From UHGV virus genome UHGV-0369625: 14,057 nucleotides of DNA. One strand, 5' to 3'. The notes under the pieces are model-generated. The model worked only from the letters and a program-made list of their open reading frames with translations. It was not told the DNA's origin and did no database searches. The position numbers were made by a program, and so were the translations under genes. This document shows, piece by piece, positions 1 to 8,578 of this stretch; position 1 is the stretch's first letter, and every line of letters begins with the position of its first letter. This stretch comes from a virus.

Positions 1-113
1 TTCCTAATATTTGACATAAATCATCAACAAAACACAAAGAGGTCAGACCAGATTGAAACAATAAACACGATAATGCAAACTACGCGCCAGCGTATCACAT
101 GGAAGGTTTACCA

Positions 114-524
114 ATGGCTCAGGCTGCCATTTTTAAAGAAATATTCGATCAAGTGCGTAAAGATTTAAACTGTGAATTATTTTATTCTGAGCTAAAACGT
201 CACAATATCTCACTTTATATTTACTATTTAGCCACAGATAATATTCACATTGTGTTAGAAAACGACAACATAGTGTTAGTAAAAGGACTCAAAAAGGTTG
301 TAAATGTTAAATTCTCCAGAAACAAACATCTTATAGAGACCTCCTATAATAAGTTGAAATCAAAAGAAATCACATTTCAACAATACAGGGAAAATCTTGC
401 TAAAGCAGGAGTTTTCCGATGGGTTACAAATATCCAGGAACACCAAAGATATTACTATGCCTTTGATAACTCATTACTATTTACTGAAAGCATCCAGAAA
501 ACTACACAGATCTTACCACGCTAA
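114..524 (+). CDS. ydfO: DUF1398-family prophage protein (YdfO-like), 136 aa
   Basis: ORF track 99..524. The ATG at 99 has no SD, whereas the ATG at 114 is preceded by GGAAGG (101-106) at 7 nt. Stop TAA 522-524. Protein recalled as Qin YdfO. Confidence 0.7.
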   Translation: MAQAAIFKEIFDQVRKDLNCELFYSELKRHNISLYIYYLATDNIHIVLENDNIVLVKGLKKVVNVKFSRNKHLIETSYNKLKSKEITFQQYRENLAKAGVFRWVTNIQEHQRYYYAFDNSLLFTESIQKTTQILPR

Positions 525-675
525 ACCATAACGTCCGGCTTCTCTCACTCCTGAGCCGGACTGCATTGGTTTAATAAAAACCATCAACAATTGTGATTTA
601 GATATTCGGAACCATTCAAATATAACAAAACCCCGTAAAAACGAGGTTTATGGATAAATTTTATTATTGAATACA

Positions 676-849
676 TCAGATTAAATTAATCTTGACATCA
701 TAGCTTTCAAGACCCGTCATTTTTTCCCGTGCGGTAAACTGAATACTGGTAACTTCTTTCCCGGTCTTTTTCTTAAGTTCAATAATTTTTTTTGTTATAT
801 ATTCAGAAATATCTGCTTCTGCTTTTGTTTTTAAGTTTTCAATATTCAT
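676..849 (-). CDS. gnsB: GnsA/GnsB-family small protein, 57 aa (MNIENLKTKAEADISEYITKKIIELKKKTGKEVTSIQFTAREKMTGLESYDVKINLI)
   Basis: Not in the ORF track (below its size cutoff). Hand-translated from ATG (plus-strand 'cat' 847-849) to TGA (676-678). Strong resemblance to GnsB as recalled. Confidence 0.7.
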   Translation of the reverse strand: MNIENLKTKAEADISEYITKKIIELKKKTGKEVTSIQFTAREKMTGLESYDVKINLI

Positions 850-1020
850 CGTTTCCTCTTTTAGTCTGTTATGACTTTCCAGTTACACAGTAAGTCGATT
901 ATATGGTGCAAACGTGTAAAAGATAAGATGAAACATCGCAATAATCAACATACGATAGTCTAAATTTTACACAAACAGACAAAGAGAATTTTCCTGAATT
1001 ATCAATACAATAGCATCAAA

Positions 1021-1251
1021 TCAACTCAAGAGCCTTATTGCTGCTTCCAGAATTTCTTCTGAAGTAACATGTCGATCCGCGGCTACATAAATGACTTTAT
1101 GATCTCCGGTCAGAGATGGAAACCCTGCGGCCATTACAGTAAGGTGTGTTTTTTCGCCATTTGGATATTCACGCATGATGGTGTTAACTCCAGTCATCGC
1201 TGGCACTACCACTGCTGGTTCAGAGTTAAAAAAAACTATGATTTTTTTCAT
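1021..1251 (-). CDS. ynfN: YnfN-like small prophage protein; start uncertain
   Basis: The 90-aa track ORF starts at TTG 1293. The first in-frame ATG is 1251 (MKKIIVFF..., 76 aa); the ATG at 1176 gives the 51-aa product MREYPNGEK...RLLS that I recall as K-12 YnfN. Stop TGA 1021-1023. Confidence 0.45.
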   Translation of the reverse strand: MKKIIVFFNSEPAVVVPAMTGVNTIMREYPNGEKTHLTVMAAGFPSLTGDHKVIYVAADRHVTSEEILEAAIRLLS

Positions 1252-1290
1252 GATGTTACCGTAGTATGTGAGTATCCATCGAATAGATAC

Positions 1291-1316
1291 CAAGCAAAAA
1301 AGCTCCCGAAGGAGCC
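1291..1316 (-). terminator. Intrinsic terminator-like hairpin (stem GCTCC, loop CGAA, stem GGAGC) with a T-run on the minus strand, possibly bidirectional
   Basis: Plus strand reads aaaaaaGCTCCcgaaGGAGCcttcatttt. On the minus strand the stem is followed by TTTTTTG. It lies about 200 nt downstream of the cspI stop. Confidence 0.5.
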
Positions 1317-1522
1317 TTCATTTTCACTTTTTTAAATCCAACGACAGACGGCTGGCATTTAAGTATTGTGAAATATTATCAAATGTAATCATCATTGATT
1401 TACAAAAGATACATTTTGCCCCGAAAGGATTCATGTCAGAAACATCAAAAGATGATGTTCTATACTGGGAACCATGACAACACGGGCATCTAAAGTGAAT
1501 ATGGTTTGTAATATTGTCTACC

Positions 1523-1735
1523 TCAAAGCGCCACTACATGAACAGCGGCAGGACCTTTAGGTCCGTTCTCAATACCAAATTCAACTTCCTGATTCTCAGT
1601 TAATGTTTTGAAATCGTTGCTCTGAATTGCTGAGAAATGGACAAACACATCTTTGCTGCCATCTTTCGGCGTGATGAAACCAAAACCTTTTTCAGGGTTA
1701 AACCATTTCACTAAACCAGTCATTTTGTTAGACAT
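1523..1735 (-). CDS. cspI: Cold-shock protein CspI (CspA family), 70 aa
   Basis: Full-length CspA-family [16 protein letters not shown]...; RNP1-like KGFGFI and RNP2-like VFVHF motifs; ATG 1735 preceded by AAGG SD; stop TGA 1523-1525. Confidence 0.95.
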   Translation of the reverse strand: MSNKMTGLVKWFNPEKGFGFITPKDGSKDVFVHFSAIQSNDFKTLTENQEVEFGIENGPKGPAAVHVVAL

Positions 1736-1905
1736 AATTATTACCTTTTGAAGAAATTAGCCCTTGGGCAGAATGGTCCGAAAAAAAATATCAGAGAGAA
1801 AAACCAACAAGGAAATCTCAAGAGGTACAAATAATAAAATTATAACAATGACTGCTTCAGATAAATTTGTAACAAACCAGAACACCATTAACGCATGATT
1901 AACCA
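1736..1905 (-). promoter_or_regulatory. Long csp-type 5' UTR with a cold-box-like element at its 5' end (boundaries approximate)
   Basis: About 170 nt non-coding leader upstream of cspI. Plus-strand block caaaccagaacaccattaacgcat (about 1884-1907) is near-identical to a block upstream of cspB (about 4774-4799). CspA-family mRNAs are known to carry long regulatory leaders. Confidence 0.45.
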
Positions 1906-2098
1906 CCCATAGCAAGGATTACTTTTGTAAAGAAAAACACAGCAATGAAAGAATAGCTTTATTTATTAATAATAACGTGTCATTCTGATTAAGACCTTTT
2001 ATCTTACCCTTAAGATTTCAGGAATTTTGGCTCATGGAAGAGTCCTTTTTATTTAAATTTTACATTCCGCGATGTAAATGTTCCGATTTAATATTACC

Positions 2099-3122
<1,024 letters not shown>

Positions 3123-3126
<4 letters not shown>

Positions 3127-3434
3127 ATATATTTATGATGAGGACGCTCGTGCTTATTGGCAGGATTTTCAATCTTAAAGGAGTACTGATGCTGCAGATA
3201 AGACTCAACTTTTTCTGACAATTTTTCTGCTACTTCCAGGAAGACTTGCCGGACGCTCCTTCTGGCTGCTGCCTCATAAAACTCCAGCGCAGCTCCTTCA
3301 ACACGGTCCATGGCGACATCCAGGTCAAAAATTTCACCGTCAAAGCGTTCTTTGTCCTGTAATGCTAAAGTTACCGTAACTTTATTCTCAAAATTGCGGA
3401 TCCCTTTCACAATCAGTTCATAGTTTTGAGTCAT
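3123..3434 (-). CDS. ydfR: DUF1327-family prophage protein (YdfR-like), 103 aa
   Basis: Complete ORF; ATG 3432-3434 with GAGGAG SD; sits between holin and endolysin, as in Qin as recalled. Confidence 0.75.
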
Positions 3435-3438
3435 TGAA

Positions 3439-3654
3439 TTACTCTCCTCTCGCAGCCTTACGCCTGTCTTCTTTAATCTTGAAATAAAGATTTGTCAGAT
3501 ACGTCAGCAGGCCAAAAACCAGGCTACCCAGCACACCGATTGCAGCCCACTGTGACGGAGTTACTTTATCGAGTAACTGCAATGCCCAGAAACCAGCATT
3601 ACCCGCCGATGTGCCATAGGCAACACCTGTTGTTAACTTATCCATTGATTTCAT
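3439..3654 (-). CDS. essQ: Phage-21-type class II holin (pinholin) with dual-start motif, 71 aa
   Basis: ATG 3652-3654 preceded by GAGG SD; a second in-frame ATG three codons in (M-K-S-M) is the classic holin/antiholin dual start. Sequence closely matches S21 as recalled (...[22 protein letters not shown]...[20 protein letters not shown]). The track ORF is extended by 25 codons that are unlikely to be translated. Confidence 0.85.
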   Translation of the reverse strand: MKSMDKLTTGVAYGTSAGNAGFWALQLLDKVTPSQWAAIGVLGSLVFGLLTYLTNLYFKIKEDRRKAARGE

Positions 3655-3873
3655 ATCCTCACCCCGATGTACACGGATGGTGCAATATGTTTGAAAAGAT
3701 CGGAGTCTACGGGGTAGTTTTGACAGCACACGTTGTTCTCAACGGCGCTAAAAAAACATACACATTAAAAATGTGGGTAATTATTTTGAAAGAAAATCAT
3801 ATATAAAATAATAATACGAGAAATGTTTTCATATTTAGTGTACTGTATACGGCCATTTATACAGGAAAAGCCT

Positions 3874-4044
3874 ATGTCAGAACGTAAAGACTCAAAATCA
3901 CGCCGTAATTATCTCGTTAAATGCTCCTGCCCAAACTGCACCCAAGAGTCAGAACACAGTTTTTCAAGAGTACAAAAAGGTGCCCTTTTGATCTGCCCTC
4001 ATTGCAACAAAATATTCCAGACAAATCTTAAAGCTGTAGCCTGA
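3874..4044 (+). CDS. Small zinc-ribbon-like protein, 56 aa (two CxxC pairs: CSCPNC ... CPHC)
   Basis: Internal ATG 3874 is preceded by AGGAAAAG SD; the track ORF starts at ATG 3823 with no SD. May correspond to K-12 YnfU (recall only, not verified). Confidence 0.55.
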   Translation: MSERKDSKSRRNYLVKCSCPNCTQESEHSFSRVQKGALLICPHCNKIFQTNLKAVA

Positions 4045-4103
4045 TTGATTTTATTAGTAACAAGTATTTTTTATATTTTAATAATATATTTAAAGCAGAT
4101 AAT

Positions 4104-4126
4104 AAAAAACCCGCCTGAGCGGGTTT
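4104..4126 (-). terminator. Rho-independent terminator (stem ACCCGC, loop CTGA, stem GCGGGT), strong on the minus strand, weaker on plus
   Basis: Plus strand reads aaaaaaCCCGCctgaGCGGGttt; the minus-strand reading is followed by TTTTTT. Likely ends the cspB transcript and possibly the plus-strand small gene. Confidence 0.7.
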
Positions 4127-4406
4127 GAGATTGTGGTGCTTTTTGTGGGAGTCATCCACTTACGCACTTTGTTTTGCCATGCCAGCAGTTAGCTTCTGCT
4201 GTAAAACTATTCATGCAGCAAACCTGCACTTCACCACAATGGTTAGCATACTTTTCCTGATTAAGGTTTTGCCAAATATGCTGGCCATTGTTTCATGTAT
4301 TGGACCTCCTTATTTTTATTAAAGAGATCCAATATTCACTACTCTGTCCGTATCTCTACTCAGGCATCAGCCTTCTTCGTTATCGTATACAGACGAGCGA
4401 TGAATT

Positions 4407-4622
4407 TTAATCAGTAATGATGACATTTGCTGCTGCAGGACCTTTAGCACCACTCTCTATAGAGAAGGTAACCTTTTGACCTTCAAATAAGGTTCGATAA
4501 TTATCATTCTGAATCGCAGAAAAATGCACAAACACATCTTTACTACCATCAACAGGAGAAATAAAGCCGAAACCTTTATCAGCGTTAAACCATTTTACTA
4601 AACCAGTCATTTTATTTGACAT
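4407..4622 (-). CDS. cspB: Cold-shock protein CspB (CspA family), 71 aa
   Basis: [23 protein letters not shown]...; ATG 4620-4622 with AAGGAA SD; stop TAA 4407-4409. Confidence 0.95.
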   Translation of the reverse strand: MSNKMTGLVKWFNADKGFGFISPVDGSKDVFVHFSAIQNDNYRTLFEGQKVTFSIESGAKGPAAANVIITD

Positions 4623-4800
4623 TCTACATTCCTTAACTTGAGCCTTTCGGCATAAATGGTTTGCATAACAGAAACGACTTCGTACTTAATTGGAGAGACT
4701 CAAAGAAGGAATAAGTGAATAACACCTGAAATGAGAACTGCTTTAGTAAACTACTTCGTATATCGTCTGTTCTTCAAACCGACGCAATCATTAACGCATA
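4623..4800 (-). promoter_or_regulatory. cspB long 5' UTR with cold-box-like element (boundaries approximate)
   Basis: Minus-strand sequence near 4760-4795 (...GGTTTGAAGAACAGACG...) resembles the cspA cold box, and the block is shared with the cspI leader. Confidence 0.45.
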
Positions 4801-4922
4801 GTTGAACATATGAAGCAATGTTTATTTTAGACATCCAGCCATCTTCAACCCCATCAAAAAACTATAGCTTTCTTCAGGAACGTGTGTATAGTGCGCCAAG
4901 TTATCAGTATTAAGGAATTTTT

Positions 4923-5135
4923 TTGTCCCGTAAAATGACAGGAATTGTCAAAACCTTTGACGGCAAAAGCGGCAAGGGTCTTATCACCCCATCCGATGGT
5001 CGTATCGATGTCCAGCTTCATGTTTCAGCGCTCAATCTCCGCGATGCAGAAGAAATTACCACCGGATTACGCGTGGAATTTTGCCGGATAAATGGTCTGC
5101 GTGGCCCTTCAGCTGCCAATGTTTACCTTTCATGA
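4923..5135 (+). CDS. cspF: CspA-family cold-shock-like protein CspF, 70 aa, TTG start
   Basis: Frame begins at TTG 4923 with TAAGGAA SD 7 nt upstream; the next ATG (4935) is too far from the SD. Transcribed divergently from cspB. Confidence 0.85.
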
Positions 5136-5189
5136 GCTATATTAAAGCTTTAATTTCAGGCCCCATCGGATCACACATGGAGAGTTTTT

Positions 5190-5279
5190 ATGAATAACCC
5201 CGTCTGTCTTGATGACTGGATGATTGGCTTTAAAAGCTTATGCTGTACTTTGGCCGTAATAGCTCTGCTAATAATATAA
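5190..5279 (+). CDS. Candidate small hydrophobic protein, 29 aa ([29 protein letters not shown])
   Basis: ATG 5190 preceded by GGAGAG SD at 6 nt; hydrophobic C-terminal half; lies between cspF and the bidirectional terminator. Hypothetical, no homology evidence. Confidence 0.3.
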   Translation: MNNPVCLDDWMIGFKSLCCTLAVIALLII

Positions 5280-5427
5280 TAAGCAGACTCATTGTGTTTA
5301 GGGACATTGTACTGGAAGAAAACATTTTAAACATCAGGCAAATAACCAAGTCACCAGCTAAATAATAAGTTAACAGACATGAGTCCCGGGATGAGATTCA
5401 ACATTACCATTGCCCCATTTAAAGCAC

Positions 5428-5460
5428 AAAACCCGCTCATCAGCGGGTTTTCTACTTTTT
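5428..5460. terminator. Bidirectional intrinsic terminator (stem AAACCCGCT, loop CATC, stem AGCGGGTTT); candidate tR' downstream of Q
   Basis: Ten-bp GC-rich stem flanked by an A-run upstream and a T-run downstream; about 100 nt downstream of the Q stop on the minus strand. Confidence 0.7.
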
Positions 5461-5556
5461 CTTAACGTCGGGTATACAAAGCCCATCGTTGAAAAAATTT
5501 TATCCATATTTTTTGAAAAATGCAAACATCATGTCGCCATCTTCAGCAAAAATCAT

Positions 5557-6309
5557 TTATCTCGTCACCTTCCTCAATTGCGCTTCCGCGTATGCTTCTT
5601 CCTGCCAGCACTTTGTTACCAGTTTACCAATGACGTCCGCATACCCCTTATACCACTGATAATCGGTCAGGTCTGGTACCAGCTTCTGGACATGACGTCG
5701 TGCCAGCGTGGTCGGTAAACGACTAAACCGGTTTCCATTACAACGCCCACAAATCTTATATACCGGTACGCCATGAAACCGGGTTCTTTTTTCATCCAGA
5801 ACAATCCCTTTACCCTTACACCCTCTGCACGCTGTGCTGACTTCGCCCTTACCATGGCAATGCTGACATAGTTCCTTCACCCATTCTTCCTTGATTACAG
5901 ATTCCCCGCGTCTGTAGTGTTTCACCACTTCGCGCAATACATTATAAAATCCCGTACCTGAACAATGCTCACAGCGAGCCTTACTTGCCGCAGACCTGGA
6001 GTAATCAGCAAAGGCAAAACTCACGAGGTAAGGAATAATCTGTAACCGGATTTCTTCACTCAATTTGTTCAATGTCGGGTTATCCAGTGCCATCGCGTAA
6101 TTTAGCAGGCCTTCAATCGCAAACTGAGGGTCCTGAACACCAACTTTTGCCAGAAATAAGGCCAACCCAAGTGGTGCTTTCGACTGCACCATCCCCTGCG
6201 CTGCCATTACATCCGTAATTGTTAAACAACCGGTGCCTGTCGCTGGAGCGTCATCGCTCAATTTTGGAGATTTTGGGGAGTAATATTTTGGTAAGGCTTC
6301 AAGGTTCAT
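5557..6309 (-). CDS. quuQ: Late-gene antiterminator Q (phage 82/21-type Q family), 250 aa
   Basis: ATG 6307-6309 with GGAG SD; the track start at 6339 is TTG. Cys/His-rich zinc-binding region (CEHCSGTG...CQHCHGKG...CRGCKGKG...CGRCNG). Matches Qin QuuQ as recalled. Confidence 0.9.
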   Translation of the reverse strand: MNLEALPKYYSPKSPKLSDDAPATGTGCLTITDVMAAQGMVQSKAPLGLALFLAKVGVQDPQFAIEGLLNYAMALDNPTLNKLSEEIRLQIIPYLVSFAFADYSRSAASKARCEHCSGTGFYNVLREVVKHYRRGESVIKEEWVKELCQHCHGKGEVSTACRGCKGKGIVLDEKRTRFHGVPVYKICGRCNGNRFSRLPTTLARRHVQKLVPDLTDYQWYKGYADVIGKLVTKCWQEEAYAEAQLRKVTR

Positions 6310-6322
6310 GCTCGTTCTCCAC

Positions 6323-7372
6323 TTACGCCAGTACGCCAATTGCCAGCGCGCGATCGATAAAACGAAATATCAGCTCCAGTTGGGAGCCATACTTCTCTTC
6401 AAATGCCACTGTATCCGTATGCAGCTCGTTGTGATGCTTTCTGCACAAAGGCAACACAAAGAGATCATGTGCTTTTGTTCCCATTCCGCCCTGCCCGTGA
6501 CCAATCAGATGATGCGGATCGTCGGCTGGCATACCGCAGCAAGCACACGGCTGTGTCTTAACCCAACGTGTGTATTTCTCCTTAACCCAGCGGCGACGTT
6601 TAGGCAGCTTCATGAAAGATTCCGGAGACTCTGGATCAACGGTGATGCTTACCACCGTCTTTTCCTGTGGTGGTTTTTGTTGCTGGTAGGCGTAAGGCAA
6701 CGGTGCAAGATTTTTTGTGCGTTGTTTCAATATGCTGGTGGCGGTCTGCTCTCCCGGTACGATGTCGCTTTCGCGGTACACCGAGCAGATTTTTTCCGCT
6801 GGTAATCCCAGCGAACGACGCGATACAGCCTCAGGTAGTGCATCCACCACCTGATTGCAGACCGCCCACCAGGATAATTCAGCCAAAGATAATTCCCGCT
6901 CCTGCGTACCGCTTATTGCGTGACGGATGACGTCAATCACCCATGCTGTCAGATTTTGTTGAGCAAGCAGATCCAGTGATTCCGATGTCTGGTCACGCAG
7001 TTGGTTGTCGCAGTGCCAACACAACACCATTGCGCCGGTACCATAACGGTGAATGACTGTTTCAGAGTGATGGTAATCGCCATTAGGCCACTGGCAGGAT
7101 GTAACATGACGTAATAGCCAGTCAGACAATGCGCCAACGCCGCCAGCAGCACGAATCACCCGTTCGTTACTAAAAAACGGCAGCAATGTTTTGTCTTCCA
7201 CCAGCGGCTGGCGAACGGCAGGAACGACTCCGGATGGCAGATTACGCATGCTTTTTGGTTCCGGTTCCACCAGCACTCGAGGATTATGAAATATCTGTAT
7301 GGATTCACGGCCCGGCTTAAGGACCACCAGCCCAAGCTCAGGCACCAGAACAGGTCTAAGTAATACCCGCAC
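6323..7372 (-). CDS. ydfU: DUF968-family prophage protein (YdfU-like) with C-terminal HNH-like motif, 349 aa
   Basis: GTG 7370-7372 preceded by GGAGG SD; the track start GTG 7411 has no SD. C-terminus CACCG...DPHHL...HH..ELH resembles a His-Me finger. Confidence 0.75.
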   Translation of the reverse strand: MRVLLRPVLVPELGLVVLKPGRESIQIFHNPRVLVEPEPKSMRNLPSGVVPAVRQPLVEDKTLLPFFSNERVIRAAGGVGALSDWLLRHVTSCQWPNGDYHHSETVIHRYGTGAMVLCWHCDNQLRDQTSESLDLLAQQNLTAWVIDVIRHAISGTQERELSLAELSWWAVCNQVVDALPEAVSRRSLGLPAEKICSVYRESDIVPGEQTATSILKQRTKNLAPLPYAYQQQKPPQEKTVVSITVDPESPESFMKLPKRRRWVKEKYTRWVKTQPCACCGMPADDPHHLIGHGQGGMGTKAHDLFVLPLCRKHHNELHTDTVAFEEKYGSQLELIFRFIDRALAIGVLA

Positions 7373-7373
7373 G

Positions 7374-7652
7374 TTACCTCCAGATCCGTTGCTGGAAAGT
7401 GCGGGACGCACGTGGTGGGCGTTCGGAGTAAGGCAATCTGACTGAGATTATCCAGTGACGGTAGTCGAGGCTAAGGGCTTTCTTAACCTCGTATCCGCGC
7501 CTGCGGTAACACTGAATTATCCATTCAGCCTGCTCTTCAGTGCATGGAGGGTGTTGGAACCATTCAGACTTGAATGCGTGAGAATACCGCTCGTGCGTGC
7601 AGACAAGAACGGGCGAATTATCAGAATTGTAATATTTTACGTTGCGTGCCAT
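7374..7652 (-). CDS. Hypothetical protein, 92 aa; stop abuts the ydfU start
   Basis: ATG 7650-7652 with GGAGAA SD; stop TAA 7374-7376 is 1 nt from the ydfU GTG. No family recognised. Confidence 0.65.
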   Translation of the reverse strand: MARNVKYYNSDNSPVLVCTHERYSHAFKSEWFQHPPCTEEQAEWIIQCYRRRGYEVKKALSLDYRHWIISVRLPYSERPPRASRTFQQRIWR

Positions 7653-7718
7653 CGGTTTTCTCCGGTGGCACGGTGTTACTCAGCGGGAGTTCAGCCCCGC
7701 GCAAGATTGTAGATGAGT

Positions 7719-7970
7719 TTATTCTTCTGCAAAAGCTGAAAAGCCTGCTTTTATTCCGATCTCTTTCAGTGCCTGTAATGAAGTGACAAACTCACCTTCG
7801 CGCAAGATAAATCCGTCCGTGACTCGAGCATCCACAAAATTAATTAACGCAGCCCCATTCTTTCGCAAACACAGAATGCGGTAATGACTAACAATGTTTC
7901 CATTTTCAACGCACACAGCATAGAGGCCATCTTCACAAAAAATTTTACGCAGTTCTTCGATGTTCATCAT
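7719..7970 (-). CDS. rem: Rem-like small prophage protein, 83 aa
   Basis: ATG 7968-7970 (tandem MM) with GGAAGGA SD; sequence matches Qin Rem as recalled. Confidence 0.75.
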   Translation of the reverse strand: MMNIEELRKIFCEDGLYAVCVENGNIVSHYRILCLRKNGAALINFVDARVTDGFILREGEFVTSLQALKEIGIKAGFSAFAEE

Positions 7971-8085
7971 CAGAATCCTTCCGGATAATTAACTCTCCCC
8001 TTTAAGGGACCATCCCTCTTATCCCTGCGCGCTACTTAAGTATTTTTGATTCTATTCCGGCACCGTCCAGAACTTCAAACGCGTT

Positions 8086-8118
8086 GAAAATAAAAACAAA
8101 AACCCGCCGAAGCGGGTT
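8086..8118 (-). terminator. Rho-independent terminator downstream of hok (stem AACCCGC, loop CGAA, stem GCGGGTT), T-run on the minus strand
   Basis: Plus strand reads aataaaaacaaaaaAACCCGCcgaaGCGGGTTaag; about 70 nt downstream of the hok stop. Confidence 0.7.
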
Positions 8119-8186
8119 AAGTGCGGGTGCGTTGAGGATGCCTGTCACATCAGAGGTGGCGAGGGATTTCTCCCTCGCCGGGTCTC

Positions 8187-8342
8187 TTACTCCTCAGGTT
8201 CGTAAGCTGTGAAGACAGCGACCTCCGTCTGGCCGGTTCGGATTCGTACCTCGCAGAGGTCTTTCCTCGTTACCAGTGCCGTCACAATGACGGTTAAACA
8301 GATGACGATCAGGGCGATTAACATCGCCTTTTGCTGCTTCAT
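8187..8342 (-). CDS. hokD: Hok/Gef-family type I toxin, 51 aa (MKQQKAMLIALIVICLTVIVTALVTRKDLCEVRIRTGQTEVAVFTAYEPEE)
   Basis: ATG 8340-8342 with AGGAGAA SD. Single TM helix plus the conserved Hok C-terminus; matches HokD/RelF as recalled. The track ORF extends 19 codons upstream to ATG 8399. No relB/relE upstream. Confidence 0.85.
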   Translation of the reverse strand: MKQQKAMLIALIVICLTVIVTALVTRKDLCEVRIRTGQTEVAVFTAYEPEE

Positions 8343-8578
8343 AGCCTGCTTCTCCTTGCCTTTCGGCACGTAAGAGGCTAACCTAGATTTGCCGTTCATA
8401 GATTGAGCCTCAGATTAATGTTAAGCGTCTTGCAGGACGCGTAATGTTAACTGGGGCTTTTCTCTATCTGCCTTTGGTGTTCATGCCTGAGACAGATAGC
8501 CTCAAGCACCCGCAGCCATTCTACTTAACTCCCGTTACCTCGCCAATATAAAATCAATCAGAAAGGTGATCCATAAAA

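Noticed and set aside
525-675. Intrinsic terminator after ydfO
   Set aside because: Hairpins are present (TCCGGCT...AGCCGGA with a 13-nt loop; CCCCG...CGAGG with a mismatch) but lack a convincing U-tract, so not called.
1069-1477. Plus-strand ORFs 1069..1335 and 1268..1477
   Set aside because: The first is antisense to ynfN; the second spans the terminator hairpin and has no SD.
3492-3806. 104-aa plus-strand ORF
   Set aside because: Antisense to the holin and its upstream region; no RBS.
4125-4322. 65-aa plus-strand ORF
   Set aside because: Starts at TTG inside the terminator stem, no SD, Trp/Cys/Phe-rich implausible composition.
5410-5718. 102-aa plus-strand ORF
   Set aside because: Starts within the terminator hairpin and runs antisense into quuQ.
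6308-6805. 165-aa plus-strand ORF, with other track ORFs at 5667..5855, 6219..6434, 6667..6930 and 6949..7152
   Set aside because: All lie inside or antisense to quuQ and ydfU, with no independent support.
8187-8399. 70-aa extended Hok ORF from ATG 8399
   Set aside because: Hok proteins are about 50 aa and the internal ATG 8342 has a strong SD. The extension may reflect a mok-like regulatory frame rather than the toxin itself; kept as a note only.
8343-8578. Possible relE/relB remnant upstream of hok
   Set aside because: No reading frame resembling RelE or RelB on either strand; the interval looks like structured leader, not decayed coding sequence.
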